The notes: generated from the letters alone by a model not told the origin. A stretch of DNA of 64,000 nt from Deltaproteobacteria bacterium (GCA_040218735.1 JAVJQW010000042.1:160001-224000), one strand, 5' to 3'; shown: positions 46,821-56,938, numbered from the stretch's first letter. Program-made: numbers and translations.

Positions 46821-47999
46821 ATGAGACGATGGTTCGAGCGCCTCGGCCTGGTCGCCGTGGCCTTCGCCGGCGGCGCGCTCGTCAGCGCCCCCCTCCACGC
46901 CCGTACCGAAGGGGACGACGCCTACCGCAGCCTCGCCGTGTTCGCGCGGGTGCTGAACTACGTGGAGAACAACTACGTCTCCGAGATCCCCGCCAAGAAC
47001 CTCATCTACGGCGCGATCCGCGGGATGCTCGCGACGCTCGACGCCCACAGCGCCTTCATGGACCCCGAACAGTACGCGGCGGTGAAGAGCGAGGCGCAGG
47101 GGGAGTTCGGGGGGATCGGCGTGGAGCTGGTCAAACGCGGCGACCGGATCGCGATCGTCGAGGTCTACAGCGACGGCCCGGCGTTCGCGGCGGGGGTGAA
47201 GGCCCACGACCGGCTCGTGGAGATCGACACCATGCCGGTCCTCGGGCGGTCGCTCGCGGAGGTCGTCCGGGCGATCAAGGGGCCGGCCGGGTCGGCGCTG
47301 GTCCTGACCGTGGAGCGGGACGGGGTGAACGGTCTGATCGAGCTGTCGGTGGTGCGGTCCCGGATCCGGGCGGTGTCGGTGGACCACGTGCGCCTCGGCG
47401 ACTTCGGGAAGGTTTCGATTCGGTCCTTCACGGAGCACACCGCGCAGGACGTGAAGGCGGCGCTCGACGCGCTGCGTGAGAGCGGGCCGATCCGCGGCCT
47501 GGTGCTGGACGTCCGCGACAACCCGGGCGGTCTGCTCGACGAGGCGGTGCGGATCGCCGACCTGTGGCTCGCGTCGGGGATCATCGTGAGCACCGAGGGG
47601 CGGGGGCGGGCGCCGGACGTCGAATATGCCCACCCTCGGCATACGCAGCCGGACTATCCGATTGTGGTCCTGGTGAACGGGGGGACCGCGTCGGCGTCCG
47701 AGATCGTGGCGGGTGCGCTGCAGGACCACCACCGGGGGGTGGTGCTGGGGACCCAGACGTTCGGGAAGGGGTCGGTCCAGACGGTCATCGAGCTGGAGGA
47801 CCACTCTGCGCTCAAGCTGACCATCGCGAAGTACTTCACGCCGGCGCACCGCTCCATCCAGGGGACGGGGATCACACCCGATGTCGTCGTCCCGGTGTCG
47901 CGGTCGAAAAACCCCGCACCTGTCGGGCGCCCGACCGACAATCAGCTCGACGCGGCCCTGACGCTCCTGGAGCGCTGGCGGGCCGGCGCGAAGCCTTGA
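46821..47999 (+). CDS. ctpA: S41 family C-terminal processing protease
   Basis: PDZ (FGGIG), DVRDNPGG, TASASEI, TFGKGSVQ, GITPD. Confidence 0.93.
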   Translation: MRRWFERLGLVAVAFAGGALVSAPLHARTEGDDAYRSLAVFARVLNYVENNYVSEIPAKNLIYGAIRGMLATLDAHSAFMDPEQYAAVKSEAQGEFGGIGVELVKRGDRIAIVEVYSDGPAFAAGVKAHDRLVEIDTMPVLGRSLAEVVRAIKGPAGSALVLTVERDGVNGLIELSVVRSRIRAVSVDHVRLGDFGKVSIRSFTEHTAQDVKAALDALRESGPIRGLVLDVRDNPGGLLDEAVRIADLWLASGIIVSTEGRGRAPDVEYAHPRHTQPDYPIVVLVNGGTASASEIVAGALQDHHRGVVLGTQTFGKGSVQTVIELEDHSALKLTIAKYFTPAHRSIQGTGITPDVVVPVSRSKNPAPVGRPTDNQLDAALTLLERWRAGAKP

Positions 48000-48090
48000 C
48001 AGACGATGTGTCTCGTCGGGTCGCGGTCGCCTTCTTTACGCTCCGAAATCACCATGGTATCCGAACAATTCGGGGTTTAGGGGCCCGCCT

Positions 48091-50193
48091 GTGGCGACCA
48101 TCTTCAAGCTCATCATCGAGGATGACGAGGGTAAGACGACCGTCTATCCCCTGGCCGAGTCGGAGGTCGCGATCGGCCGTCGCGACGGCAACACGATCCG
48201 GCTCATGGAGCGGAACGTTTCGCGACGTCACGCGAAGCTGAGTCGTACGAACGGCACCGTCTTCATCGAAGACCTCGACAGCTACAACGGCATCCGCATC
48301 AACGGCGAGCGCATCACCGGCAAGTACGAGGTGAAGGAAGGCGACCTCGTCGAGATCGGCGACTACCACCTCGCGCTCCAGCGCACCGAGGTGCAGGAAG
48401 AAGCCGCGCCGGCCGCGCCGCAGAAACAAGACGGGCAGTGGCCGCAGGCCGGCACCGTCCCGGACTTCCGCCTCCCCGAAGAGATCCTGCAGGACGTCCA
48501 GCACGGCCCGCGCGACACGCTGCACGACGAGCCGATGCCGCAGATGTTCGGCGCGCCGACGGTGGAGGGACCCGGCGGACAGGCGGACCCGATGGTGCGT
48601 CCGCCGCCGCGCGGTGAGGACGGCGCTTCGCGTGACCTCCCGCCGTTCCCGCAGCCGGGCGGTCAGCCGCTCGCGCGTGTGCCGCTGCAGAAGACCGACA
48701 GCGAGACGCCGACGGAGCGCCCCGCGGACAAGCCGCTCGCCATGGGCCCGGCGCGTGTGTCGTCGGTGCCGCGTCTGGTCTGCGTGAGCACGAGCTACGC
48801 GGGCAAGGAGTTCGCGCTCACACGACCCGAGCTGATCATCGGCCGCGTCGAAGACAACGACATCGTGATCGAGCACCGCTCGGTCTCGCGCAATCACGCG
48901 AAGATCCTCTCCAACGAGGGGACCCACAAGATCATCGATCTCCAGAGCGCGAACGGCATCCTCGTGAACGGCGAGGAGTACGCGATGACGGACCTCCGCA
49001 AGGGGGACCTCATCGAGCTCGGCCACGTGCGGTTCAGGTTCACGCCGGCGAACGAGCCGTTCATCCCGACCTCCGAAGAAGCCGACGAGATGCGCAACGC
49101 CGGTGTCGAGCCGCCGTCGCGGGAAGCCTCGAAACCCGCGTCGTCGCCCGCCGCGCCCGCGCTGGAGGCGCCGGCCGTGCAGAGCACGCCGTCGGAGCCG
49201 GCGATGGCTTCGTACGATCCGAGCCAGGCCGCGACGGTGACGGACACGCCGCTCGACGCGCTGCAGATGGGGCAGGCATTCGCGCCGCAGCTGCAGAAGG
49301 CGCCGTCGGCGGGTTCGAATGGCGTGGCGACCGAGGTGAAGAGCGATCCGCCGCCGAAGCGCGCGACCGCCGACCAGCGCCCGACCGAGCTCAACCACGC
49401 GACCCGTCAGCCGGCGAGCCCGCTCGCGGCACCGGCGGCGATGCCCAAGTCGCGTCGCGCGTCGCAGGAGCCGGCCACCCACCAGGCGCGCGTCGACGAT
49501 CCCGCGCCCGCGCCGCCGAAGAGCAAGGCGCCCCTGATGATCCTGATGGGGTTGTTGGTGATCGTCATCGTGGTGCTCGCGGTGGTGTTGCTGCAGCCGG
49601 ACTCCGGCGGACGTGACACCCGCCTCGAGGAGCTGGCGCAGCTGATCAAGCAGGACGACTTCCAGGGCGCCGTCGACTTCTACGAGGCGCACAAGGGTGA
49701 GTTCTCGAACGAGAGCGCCGCGTCGCTGTTCTACGAGCAGGCGCTCGACAACATCGAGAAGGACGAGGTCCCCGACGCTCCGCCGACGACGCCGGACGAC
49801 CCCGCGCCGATCCCGGTGCCGGACGATCCCGAGGTCGACACGACCCCGCCGCCTCCGGAGCCGCCGCCGCCGCCCGCGCGTACGAAGAAACGTCAGCGGG
49901 TGCGCCGCGTGAAGCGGACGCCTCCGACCGAGAACAAGGCCGACCAGGCGTTCGAGCGCGGCAAGACGGCGCTGCTCATGGGCAAACTCTCGGACGCCGA
50001 GGCCGAGCTGCTGTCGTGCCTCAAGCTCGACCCGAAGTACGCCGACTGTCACCGCAACCTCGGCGTGCTGTACGCGAAGCAGGACGATACGCCGCGCGCG
50101 GTGAAGCACTATCGGCGGTACATCGAGCTCGCGCCCAACGCGAAGGACGCCGATCGCGTCCGCGCGATGCTCAAAGACGTCGAGACGCCGTGA
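48091..50193 (+). CDS. Double-FHA, single-TM, TPR protein
   Basis: IGR...VSRRH...SYNG and IGR...VSRNH...SANG; TM helix; C-terminal CHRNLG...HYRRYIELAP. Confidence 0.88.
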   Translation: MATIFKLIIEDDEGKTTVYPLAESEVAIGRRDGNTIRLMERNVSRRHAKLSRTNGTVFIEDLDSYNGIRINGERITGKYEVKEGDLVEIGDYHLALQRTEVQEEAAPAAPQKQDGQWPQAGTVPDFRLPEEILQDVQHGPRDTLHDEPMPQMFGAPTVEGPGGQADPMVRPPPRGEDGASRDLPPFPQPGGQPLARVPLQKTDSETPTERPADKPLAMGPARVSSVPRLVCVSTSYAGKEFALTRPELIIGRVEDNDIVIEHRSVSRNHAKILSNEGTHKIIDLQSANGILVNGEEYAMTDLRKGDLIELGHVRFRFTPANEPFIPTSEEADEMRNAGVEPPSREASKPASSPAAPALEAPAVQSTPSEPAMASYDPSQAATVTDTPLDALQMGQAFAPQLQKAPSAGSNGVATEVKSDPPPKRATADQRPTELNHATRQPASPLAAPAAMPKSRRASQEPATHQARVDDPAPAPPKSKAPLMILMGLLVIVIVVLAVVLLQPDSGGRDTRLEELAQLIKQDDFQGAVDFYEAHKGEFSNESAASLFYEQALDNIEKDEVPDAPPTTPDDPAPIPVPDDPEVDTTPPPPEPPPPPARTKKRQRVRRVKRTPPTENKADQAFERGKTALLMGKLSDAEAELLSCLKLDPKYADCHRNLGVLYAKQDDTPRAVKHYRRYIELAPNAKDADRVRAMLKDVETP

Positions 50194-51221
50194 CCGCGAG
50201 TCCGCGTCCGCTCTTGGCCATCACCATGGGAGATCCCGCCGGGATTGGCCCGGAGGTGGTCGTGAAGGCGGCGTCGGTCGGGGACGTGCGCGCGTGCGGG
50301 GACCTCGTCGTGTTCGGGGACCGCGCGTTGCTCGAGCGCGTCGCGGCGGACGTGAGCATCTCGATCGAGATCGTGCCCGTCGATTCACCCGAGGAGGCGC
50401 GCGAGCACACCACTTCGAAGACGCTCCCGGTGATCGCGGTGTCCGATCTCGCCGACGACGCGGAGCTCGCTTGGGGCAAGCCGTCGAAGCGCTCCGACGC
50501 CGTGCAGATCCAGTACATCCGCGCGGCGTACGAGGCGGTCGTCTCGGGCGCCGCCGACGCGATCGTCACGGCGCCGATCAGCAAAGCCTCGCTCAAGCGC
50601 GCGGGCGCCGACTTCCCGGGGCACACCGAGATGCTCGCGTCGTGGTGCGGGATCCAAGGGCCGCTGATGATGCTCGCGGGGCCCACGCTGAAGGTCATCC
50701 CGATGACGATCCACGTACCACTGCGGGACGTCGCGTCGTTGCTGACGCAGGAGAAGATCGAGAGCGCGCTGCGTGTGACGGACGAGACGCTCCGTCAGTT
50801 CTTCTGGCGGCGTCGCCCGCGCATCGTGGTCGCCGGCCTCAACCCGCACGCGGGTGAGGGCGGCATGTTCGGCGACGAGGAGCAGCGCATCATCCGGCCG
50901 GCGGTCGAAGCCTGCCGCGAGGAGGGGATCGACGTCGCGGGGCCGTTCCCGGCGGACACGGTCTACCAGCGCACGGTCTCCGGTGAGTTCGACGTCGTGA
51001 TCGGGATGTACCACGACCAGGCACTCATCCCGTTGAAGCTGTTCGACTTCGACCAGGCGGTGAACGTGACGCTCGGCCTTCCGATCATTCGGACGAGCGT
51101 GGACCACGGGACGGCGTACGACATCGCCGGACGTGGTGTCGCCTCCGCGGGGAGCATGATGGCCGCGCTTCGGCTGGCGTCGGAGATGGCCGAGAACCGA
51201 GTCAGGACGCCGAGCGTGTGA
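50190..51221 (+). CDS. pdxA: 4-hydroxythreonine-4-phosphate dehydrogenase
   Basis: ITMGDPAGIGPE, PGHTE, GLNPHAGE, MYHDQ, RTSVDHGTA. Confidence 0.96.
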   Translation: MTASPRPLLAITMGDPAGIGPEVVVKAASVGDVRACGDLVVFGDRALLERVAADVSISIEIVPVDSPEEAREHTTSKTLPVIAVSDLADDAELAWGKPSKRSDAVQIQYIRAAYEAVVSGAADAIVTAPISKASLKRAGADFPGHTEMLASWCGIQGPLMMLAGPTLKVIPMTIHVPLRDVASLLTQEKIESALRVTDETLRQFFWRRRPRIVVAGLNPHAGEGGMFGDEEQRIIRPAVEACREEGIDVAGPFPADTVYQRTVSGEFDVVIGMYHDQALIPLKLFDFDQAVNVTLGLPIIRTSVDHGTAYDIAGRGVASAGSMMAALRLASEMAENRVRTPSV

Positions 51222-51225
51222 GCCG

Positions 51226-52077
51226 ATGATGCGAGTACGCGCCTTCGTCGCCGTCGTCACGTTCGTTCTCGTGGGCGGCTTCGGCGCGCGTGTCCTCGCG
51301 GCCGACAAGTATGGGCGACTGATCGAAACGCTCGAGCGCGACGAATCCTACAAGGTGCGGATGCAGGCGATCCGCGTGATGTCGAAGTACCTGAAGAAGG
51401 AGAAGGGGCCGCCGCCGGAGCGGGTCCTGGAGTCACTCGGGCTCGCCTCGAACCTGGACGAGAGCTACCTCGTGCGCGGCATGGCGGTCGTCGCGCTCGG
51501 CGTGACGGGCGACCCGCGCGCGCGGGCGTACGTGGACCAGGCGATGAAGGACGACGAGGCGTTCGTCCGCAAGCAGGCGAAGCGCGCGATCGAGCGGCTC
51601 GACGCCGCGAAGCCACCGCCCCCTCCACCGCCCGAGCCTCCGCCGCCCCCTCCGCCGCCGCCCGCGGGCGTGGCGAAGCGGAGCCTGGTGGTCGCGGCGG
51701 CGGACCATCCGAACGTGGAGGCGCCGGCGGAGCTGAAGGACGCGCTGGTGAAGAAGCTGCGCGTCGGGTTCGAGGCGCAGTTCGGCGATCGCTACGCGAT
51801 CGACGACGGCGCGGGCGCGAAGGGCTACCAGCTCACCGGCATCATCGCGGAGCGATCCGTGAAGCCGGAGGGCGCGAAGTTCAGGATCACGATGGTCGTG
51901 CGACTCACGATCGCGACGTGGCCGGAGAATCATCTGAGGGAAGTGCTGTCGGCCAAAGCGAGCGCCACGAGCAGCACCAACAAGGCCTCGGCGATCGGGC
52001 GGCTGGAGACGAAGCTGCTGGACGCTGCGGTGAAGCGCATCGTGAGTGATTCGATCGCGCGGATCGGGGGAGGTTGA
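51226..52077 (+). CDS. Exported HEAT-repeat protein
   Basis: Signal peptide, DESYKVR / DESYLVR / DDEAFVR HEAT-like repeats, poly-Pro linker. Confidence 0.75.
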   Translation: MMRVRAFVAVVTFVLVGGFGARVLAADKYGRLIETLERDESYKVRMQAIRVMSKYLKKEKGPPPERVLESLGLASNLDESYLVRGMAVVALGVTGDPRARAYVDQAMKDDEAFVRKQAKRAIERLDAAKPPPPPPPEPPPPPPPPPAGVAKRSLVVAAADHPNVEAPAELKDALVKKLRVGFEAQFGDRYAIDDGAGAKGYQLTGIIAERSVKPEGAKFRITMVVRLTIATWPENHLREVLSAKASATSSTNKASAIGRLETKLLDAAVKRIVSDSIARIGGG

Positions 52078-52082
52078 CGAAC

Positions 52083-52661
52083 ATGTCGAACGGACCGCCA
52101 AAGGGGCGCAAACAACGACGCATGACGAATCTTCTGCTGAACCGGAAGTTTCAGCTGAAGTACACGGGCATGATCGTCGGGCTCTCGACGATCATCTCGA
52201 TCGCGCTGGGGTTCTTCTTGGTGGAGAAGATCCGCGAGAACTCGCGGATGCTCCAGCTCGACGCCGAGCTCGACGCCGTCTTCCAGGAGCAGCTCGCTCA
52301 GTCCGATGCGAAGGTGATCGCGTATCTCGTCGGCGCGCTCCTGCTGTTCAACGTGCTGCTGGGCCTCGGGGCCATCTTCGTGACGCACCGGATGGCGGGG
52401 CCGATCTTCGTGTTCCGCAGGTATGTCCGGATGCTCGGCGAAGGGCGGATCCCCCACGTGCGCCGCCTGCGCCGCGGCGACGAGTTCCGGGAGCTGATCG
52501 ACACCGTCCAGACGGCCGCGGAGGCGATCGCGGTGCAGACGCGGGAGGAGATCGAGGTCCTGTCGCGGGTTCAGGAGGCCGTGGCCGGGGGCGACGCGGC
52601 GGTCGCGACCGACCTCGAACGCCTCATCGCGAAGAAGCGGGCGAGTCTCCCGGAAGACTGA
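52083..52661 (+). CDS. Two-TM HAMP-like membrane protein
   Basis: KFQLKY, two TM helices, THRMAGP...LRRGDEF. Confidence 0.78.
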   Translation: MSNGPPKGRKQRRMTNLLLNRKFQLKYTGMIVGLSTIISIALGFFLVEKIRENSRMLQLDAELDAVFQEQLAQSDAKVIAYLVGALLLFNVLLGLGAIFVTHRMAGPIFVFRRYVRMLGEGRIPHVRRLRRGDEFRELIDTVQTAAEAIAVQTREEIEVLSRVQEAVAGGDAAVATDLERLIAKKRASLPED

Positions 52662-52718
52662 CTTGACGCCCTCCGATCACGCGCGTAGGAGTCGCAATCC
52701 GATCCCGCGGGGGTGCGG

Positions 52719-52791
52719 GGGCCCATAGCTCAGCGGTTAGAGCTGTCGGCTCATAACCGATAGGTCCCTGGTTCGAATCCAGGTGGGCCCA
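52719..52791 (+). tRNA. tRNA with CAT anticodon, probably tRNA-Ile2 (lysidine-modified); CCA not encoded
   Basis: GGGCCCA/TGGGCCC acceptor stem, TAGCTCAG D-arm, CTCATAA anticodon loop, GTTCGAATC T-loop; C4:G69 and C5:G68 favour Ile2 over Met. Confidence 0.93.
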
Positions 52792-52889
52792 ATTTGTGGA
52801 GTGTTCTGCTTGACGAGATGGCGACAGCGCAGGCCTCGACTGAAACCCCCGGCGGGAAACTGCCCGCTCTGACCGGAGGCTCGAATACT

Positions 52890-53618
52890 GTGCGCGAAAA
52901 GCTTCTTCTGCTCTGGGAACTCCAAAAGATCGACGCGGCCGTCTTGGAAATCGAGAAAGGCGCCGAGACCATACCGAAGAAGATTCGCGAGATCGAAGAC
53001 GGTCTCGACGTCCATCGGGCGGAGCTCGGGACGCTGAACACCGAGGCCGACGCGCTTCGCCAGGAGGCGCGCGACATCGAGGCGCACTCCAGCGAGGAGT
53101 CGCAGAAGCACCGCAAGTGGAAGACGCGCCTGAACGACATCAAGTCGCCGCGCGAGTACCAGGCCCTGTCGCGGGAGCTCGAGCTCGGTGAGCGTCAGAT
53201 CCGGGACGCCGACGAGAAGGCGCTCGGGCTGATGCAGGAGATCGAGGACAAGCAGAAGGTCATCGACGACAAGTCGGGCGACCTGAAGTCCCTCGAAGCC
53301 GACGTCCGCGGGAAGGTCCGCGAGCTCCGCGAGGCGCACAACCGGCTCCGCGAGGACGCCGAGGCCGCCAAGACCGGCCGCGACGCCGTCCTCGAGAAGA
53401 TGACGTCGGGCATGAAGAAGAAGTACGACCGCGTCGCGCAGTACACCGGCGGCATCGCGGTCGCGAAGGTCTCGGACGGGACCTGCATGGGCTGCAACAT
53501 GCGCCTGCGTGCCCAGCACGTCGTCGAGATCCAGCGCTACGACTCGATCGAGACCTGCCCGAACTGCCAGCGGATCCTCGTGCACGAGGACCTCGTGAAG
53601 TCGGCCGAGCTCGAGTAA
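52890..53618 (+). CDS. Coiled-coil protein with C4 zinc ribbon (DUF164 family)
   Basis: ELQKID, REYQAL, CMGCNM...CPNCQRIL; GGAGG RBS before GTG. Confidence 0.9.
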   Translation: MREKLLLLWELQKIDAAVLEIEKGAETIPKKIREIEDGLDVHRAELGTLNTEADALRQEARDIEAHSSEESQKHRKWKTRLNDIKSPREYQALSRELELGERQIRDADEKALGLMQEIEDKQKVIDDKSGDLKSLEADVRGKVRELREAHNRLREDAEAAKTGRDAVLEKMTSGMKKKYDRVAQYTGGIAVAKVSDGTCMGCNMRLRAQHVVEIQRYDSIETCPNCQRILVHEDLVKSAELE

Positions 53619-53669
53619 GGCGGCCGTCACACTCGCCCTCGCCGAGGGCCCCCGCTACAATCCCGCTCG

Positions 53670-56225
53670 ATGCGCGCCAGCTTCGTCGCCGGCACGGCTC
53701 TGTTGCTGATCGCCTGCGGTGGCGATGGCGACTCCTTGGCCGTTCCCAGTGAGGTGGACGCGCTCGCGACCTTGGTCGTGACCGAACGGCCCGATAGCAC
53801 GGTGGTCGTCACGGCGGTCGAGGGGGGCGCGGTCAGTCAGCTGTTGATCCCCCTGGACGTCGAACAGACGGTCTGGGTGCTGCACTACCAGCGCACGCTG
53901 GCCGAGCTGCAGATCGAGCCAGGCTTCGTGCCGCGCGCCGCGCCGGGTGAACCGTCGCGGCCGCTCCCCGAATTCGACCTCGGTCGACGCGCCGTGGTGG
54001 CGGACGGGACCTCGCTCGGGTTCGAGGAGGTCACGGAGCTCGCGGACGGCGCTGCGGCGTTTCGCATCGCGGCGATCGGCGGCCTGGCGTGCGCGGACAG
54101 TGGGGGGTGCTTGGTCGGCGACACCTGCGAGACCCCGTGTACGAACACCCCCCCGTTGTATCCCGATCGCGTCGCGCTCCCGGCGTCCACGACGCCGCCG
54201 ATCTGGGCGGAGTGCCCGACCGGGTTCGTCGCCTACGACGCCGCCGGTGTTCAGGCGTGTGCGCCGCCGGCGCGGGTGTTCTGCAGCGACGAGGAGGTCC
54301 AATGGATCGACGCGGAGGCCTGTGCGCCGATCGTCGCCTGTCCTGCGGGGCCCTGGCCCGACCCGCTCCCTGCGAACGCGCGCTGGTTCGTGCAGGCGGG
54401 GGCGACGGGCGGCGACGGATCGATGGGCGCTCCGTTTGCGACGCTCGACGCGGCGGTCGCCGCCGCGGCGGACGGCGACGTGGTCGTGGTCGCGCAGGGG
54501 GACCACGCGATCGCCGACGCGCTCGCGACGCCGCTGACGATCGTCGGCGCGTGCCCGTCCGGCACGACGCTCACGGCGGGCGGCACACTCGACATCACCG
54601 CGGAGGTGACGCTGGCGAACCTCCGCCTGGAGGCGGCCGACGTGCGGACGACGGCGCCGCTGCGTCTCGACGCGGTGATCGCTCGAGCCGGTGAGATCTA
54701 CGTGGCAACGACCGCCGGCCTTCAGACGGATCGCACGCGCATCATCGGGCGGGTCGACGCCGACGGGCCGATCGGGCTCGAGCGAACGATCGTCGGAGGT
54801 GGCACGCGGTTCGGTGTCCACGTGTACGCGACGACCGGGACGCTCACCGACGTCGTGTTGGAGGGCGTCGCGTTGCACACCAATGACGAAGACGGCCGTG
54901 GCCCCGGGCTTCGGGTTCGGGCGGGAGCGGTGGTGACGGGGGAGCGGGTCTTCGTCACGCGGACGTCGGCGTACGGAGTTCAGAACGATGCGGCGTCGCT
55001 CGAGCTCACCGACCTCGTGGTGCGCGCGACACGTCCGCGCGGAGATGGTGAGGGAGGCATCGGCGTGTACGGGACGAACAGCTCCACGACCACGCTCGAC
55101 CACGCGATCGTCGAAGATAGCCTCACGATCGGTGTGTACGTCCGCAACGGAGCGCACGTGGTGCTGCGCGACGTCGTTGTGCACGGGACACGCGCACGTC
55201 CGATGAACGACCTCGACGGCGAGGGGTTAACGGTGTTCAGCGAGGCGAGCGCTTCGGGAGAGCGCGTCTGGCTGGCGGACAACCAGCACGTCGGGCTGTT
55301 GATGCGCGGGACGACGGTCGAGCTGTCCGATCTCACGGTGATCGACACCCTCGGGCGCGCGACGGACGACAAGAGCGGAGAGGGGATCATCGTGGAGGAC
55401 GGTGCGTTCCTTACGTTGATCCGCGCGGACGTCGCGCGGAACCGCGACACCGGGATCGTCGCGGTGCGTGACTCGCGGATCGTCGCCGAGGACGTGGTGG
55501 TGCGCGAGACGATGCCGAGCCCGGACGGACGCATCGGCGACGGCTTTCGTCTGACGACGGGGGCGTTCGCGAACGTGCAGCGGCTGCAGGCGACCGACAA
55601 CCACTTCGCCGGTGTCCTCCTCCGCGAGGACGCGATGGCCACGATGACCGACGTGACCATCTCGGGCACGAAGAGCCCGGGGCCGGATTCACTCGCACCG
55701 AAGAGCCTGTTCGTCGACGAGGGGTCCACGGCTCGCGTGGATCGTATCGAGGTGTTCGACGGCGAGGGGCACTGCATCGACGTCCGCGACGGCGCGAACG
55801 CGACGCTCTTCAGCGTCGACGTGCAGCGCTGCGAGCTCGTCGGCCTCAGTGTCGGCAACGGATCCACTGTAGACGTCGACCGCGCGCTCTTCGCCGACAG
55901 CGGTCCGGAGAACGTCGCGGTCCGCGTCGGGGCGGTGGTCAGCCTGCAGAACGTGAGGGTCGAAGGCGCGCGCATGGCCGCCGGCATCGTGCCGACCGGG
56001 GTGCTGGTCGAGCCCGAGGCGCGGTTGCGGATGGAGAAGTTCGAGCTGGTCGACAACGAGGGGGTCGGCCTCCTCATCCGTACGCTCGCGGACGCGGACG
56101 TCAGCGACGGGGCGATCCGCGAACACTCCACCGGGATCCTCCTCGGCGATCCCGAGTACGACGTCGCCCGGGTCCTGGAGCGCGTCGCGTTCTCGGACAA
56201 CTTTGCGAACGTGACCCTGCCATGA
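53670..56225 (+). CDS. Lipoprotein with right-handed parallel beta-helix repeats
   Basis: LLIAC lipobox, Cys-rich region, GDGSMGAPFATL motif, recurring LxDVVVxxT...GxG repeats. Confidence 0.82.
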   Translation: MRASFVAGTALLLIACGGDGDSLAVPSEVDALATLVVTERPDSTVVVTAVEGGAVSQLLIPLDVEQTVWVLHYQRTLAELQIEPGFVPRAAPGEPSRPLPEFDLGRRAVVADGTSLGFEEVTELADGAAAFRIAAIGGLACADSGGCLVGDTCETPCTNTPPLYPDRVALPASTTPPIWAECPTGFVAYDAAGVQACAPPARVFCSDEEVQWIDAEACAPIVACPAGPWPDPLPANARWFVQAGATGGDGSMGAPFATLDAAVAAAADGDVVVVAQGDHAIADALATPLTIVGACPSGTTLTAGGTLDITAEVTLANLRLEAADVRTTAPLRLDAVIARAGEIYVATTAGLQTDRTRIIGRVDADGPIGLERTIVGGGTRFGVHVYATTGTLTDVVLEGVALHTNDEDGRGPGLRVRAGAVVTGERVFVTRTSAYGVQNDAASLELTDLVVRATRPRGDGEGGIGVYGTNSSTTTLDHAIVEDSLTIGVYVRNGAHVVLRDVVVHGTRARPMNDLDGEGLTVFSEASASGERVWLADNQHVGLLMRGTTVELSDLTVIDTLGRATDDKSGEGIIVEDGAFLTLIRADVARNRDTGIVAVRDSRIVAEDVVVRETMPSPDGRIGDGFRLTTGAFANVQRLQATDNHFAGVLLREDAMATMTDVTISGTKSPGPDSLAPKSLFVDEGSTARVDRIEVFDGEGHCIDVRDGANATLFSVDVQRCELVGLSVGNGSTVDVDRALFADSGPENVAVRVGAVVSLQNVRVEGARMAAGIVPTGVLVEPEARLRMEKFELVDNEGVGLLIRTLADADVSDGAIREHSTGILLGDPEYDVARVLERVAFSDNFANVTLP

Positions 56226-56245
56226 CATAGTCTCGCCCGAAATCA

Positions 56246-56328
56246 ATCGCCGACGGGGTGGTGCCAGGTGGCGCCTGAGAGAGTCCCGCGAACCTGATCC
56301 GGATAATGCCGGCGGAGGAATTGGCGAT
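56246..56328 (+). promoter_or_regulatory. TPP riboswitch
   Basis: GGGGTG...CTGAGA...CCC..GAACCTGATCCGGATAATGCCGGCGGAGG consensus; P1 ATCGCCGA/TTGGCGAT; directly upstream of thi genes. Confidence 0.93.
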
Positions 56329-56938
56329 GCGGAAACTACCGCGTCTTCACGTCATCACGGACGAAGTCCTACAAACCCAATTCGATCACGTCACCCTCGC
56401 GCGCCTCGCGTTCGAGGGCGGTGCGGGTGCCGTGCAGCTTCGTGAGAAGCGCCCGCGTTCGACGCGTGCGTTGATCGAGATCGCGGTGGCTGCACGCCGT
56501 GACGACCGGGTCGTCATCATCGACGACCGCACCGACGTCGCGGCCGCCGCCGGTGTCGGCGTACACGTCGGCGCCGAAGATCTTCCGGTGTCGGTCGCGC
56601 GCCGCTTGCTGGGCCCGGACGCCATCGTCGGCTTCTCCACCCGCACCGTGGAGGGGGCGCGCGCCGTCACGGACGTCGACTACATCGGCGTCGGACCGGT
56701 GTACGGCACACGCTCGAAGCCCGGCCTGACCACCCCCCTCGGGTTGGAGATGCTGGCTCGGATCGTTCGTGTATCGCCGGTGCCGGTGATCGCGATCGGC
56801 GGCATCACCGCGGAGCACGTGCCCGAGGTCCTCGCGACCGGCGCCTACGGCGTCGCGGCGATCTCCGCGATCGTCTGCGCGCAGGATCCGGCGGCCGCGA
56901 CCGCGAAGTTCGTCGAGGCGATCGAAGGCGCTTCGTGA
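56327..56938 (+). CDS. thiE: Thiamine phosphate synthase
   Basis: VQLREK, IDDRTD, GVHVG..D, VGFST, GPVYGTRSK, AIGGI. Confidence 0.95.
   Translation: MRKLPRLHVITDEVLQTQFDHVTLARLAFEGGAGAVQLREKRPRSTRALIEIAVAARRDDRVVIIDDRTDVAAAAGVGVHVGAEDLPVSVARRLLGPDAIVGFSTRTVEGARAVTDVDYIGVGPVYGTRSKPGLTTPLGLEMLARIVRVSPVPVIAIGGITAEHVPEVLATGAYGVAAISAIVCAQDPAAATAKFVEAIEGAS

Noticed and set aside
52663-52691. Sigma-70 promoter for the tRNA (TTGACG-N17-TAGGAG)
   Set aside because: The -35 box is good but the -10 box lacks the conserved final T; too weak to list as a feature
52719-52791. tRNA as an integration site, or as initiator tRNA-fMet
   Set aside because: No duplicated 3' end or integrase nearby; it has a paired 1:72 position and lacks the three consecutive G:C anticodon-stem pairs of fMet
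53636-53650. GCCCTC-GCC-GAGGGC hairpin as an intrinsic terminator
   Set aside because: Short stem and no U-tract; such hairpins arise readily at this GC content
56306-56326. ORF-track start of thiE at 56306
   Set aside because: That ATG lies within the riboswitch aptamer; the SD-preceded ATG is at 56327
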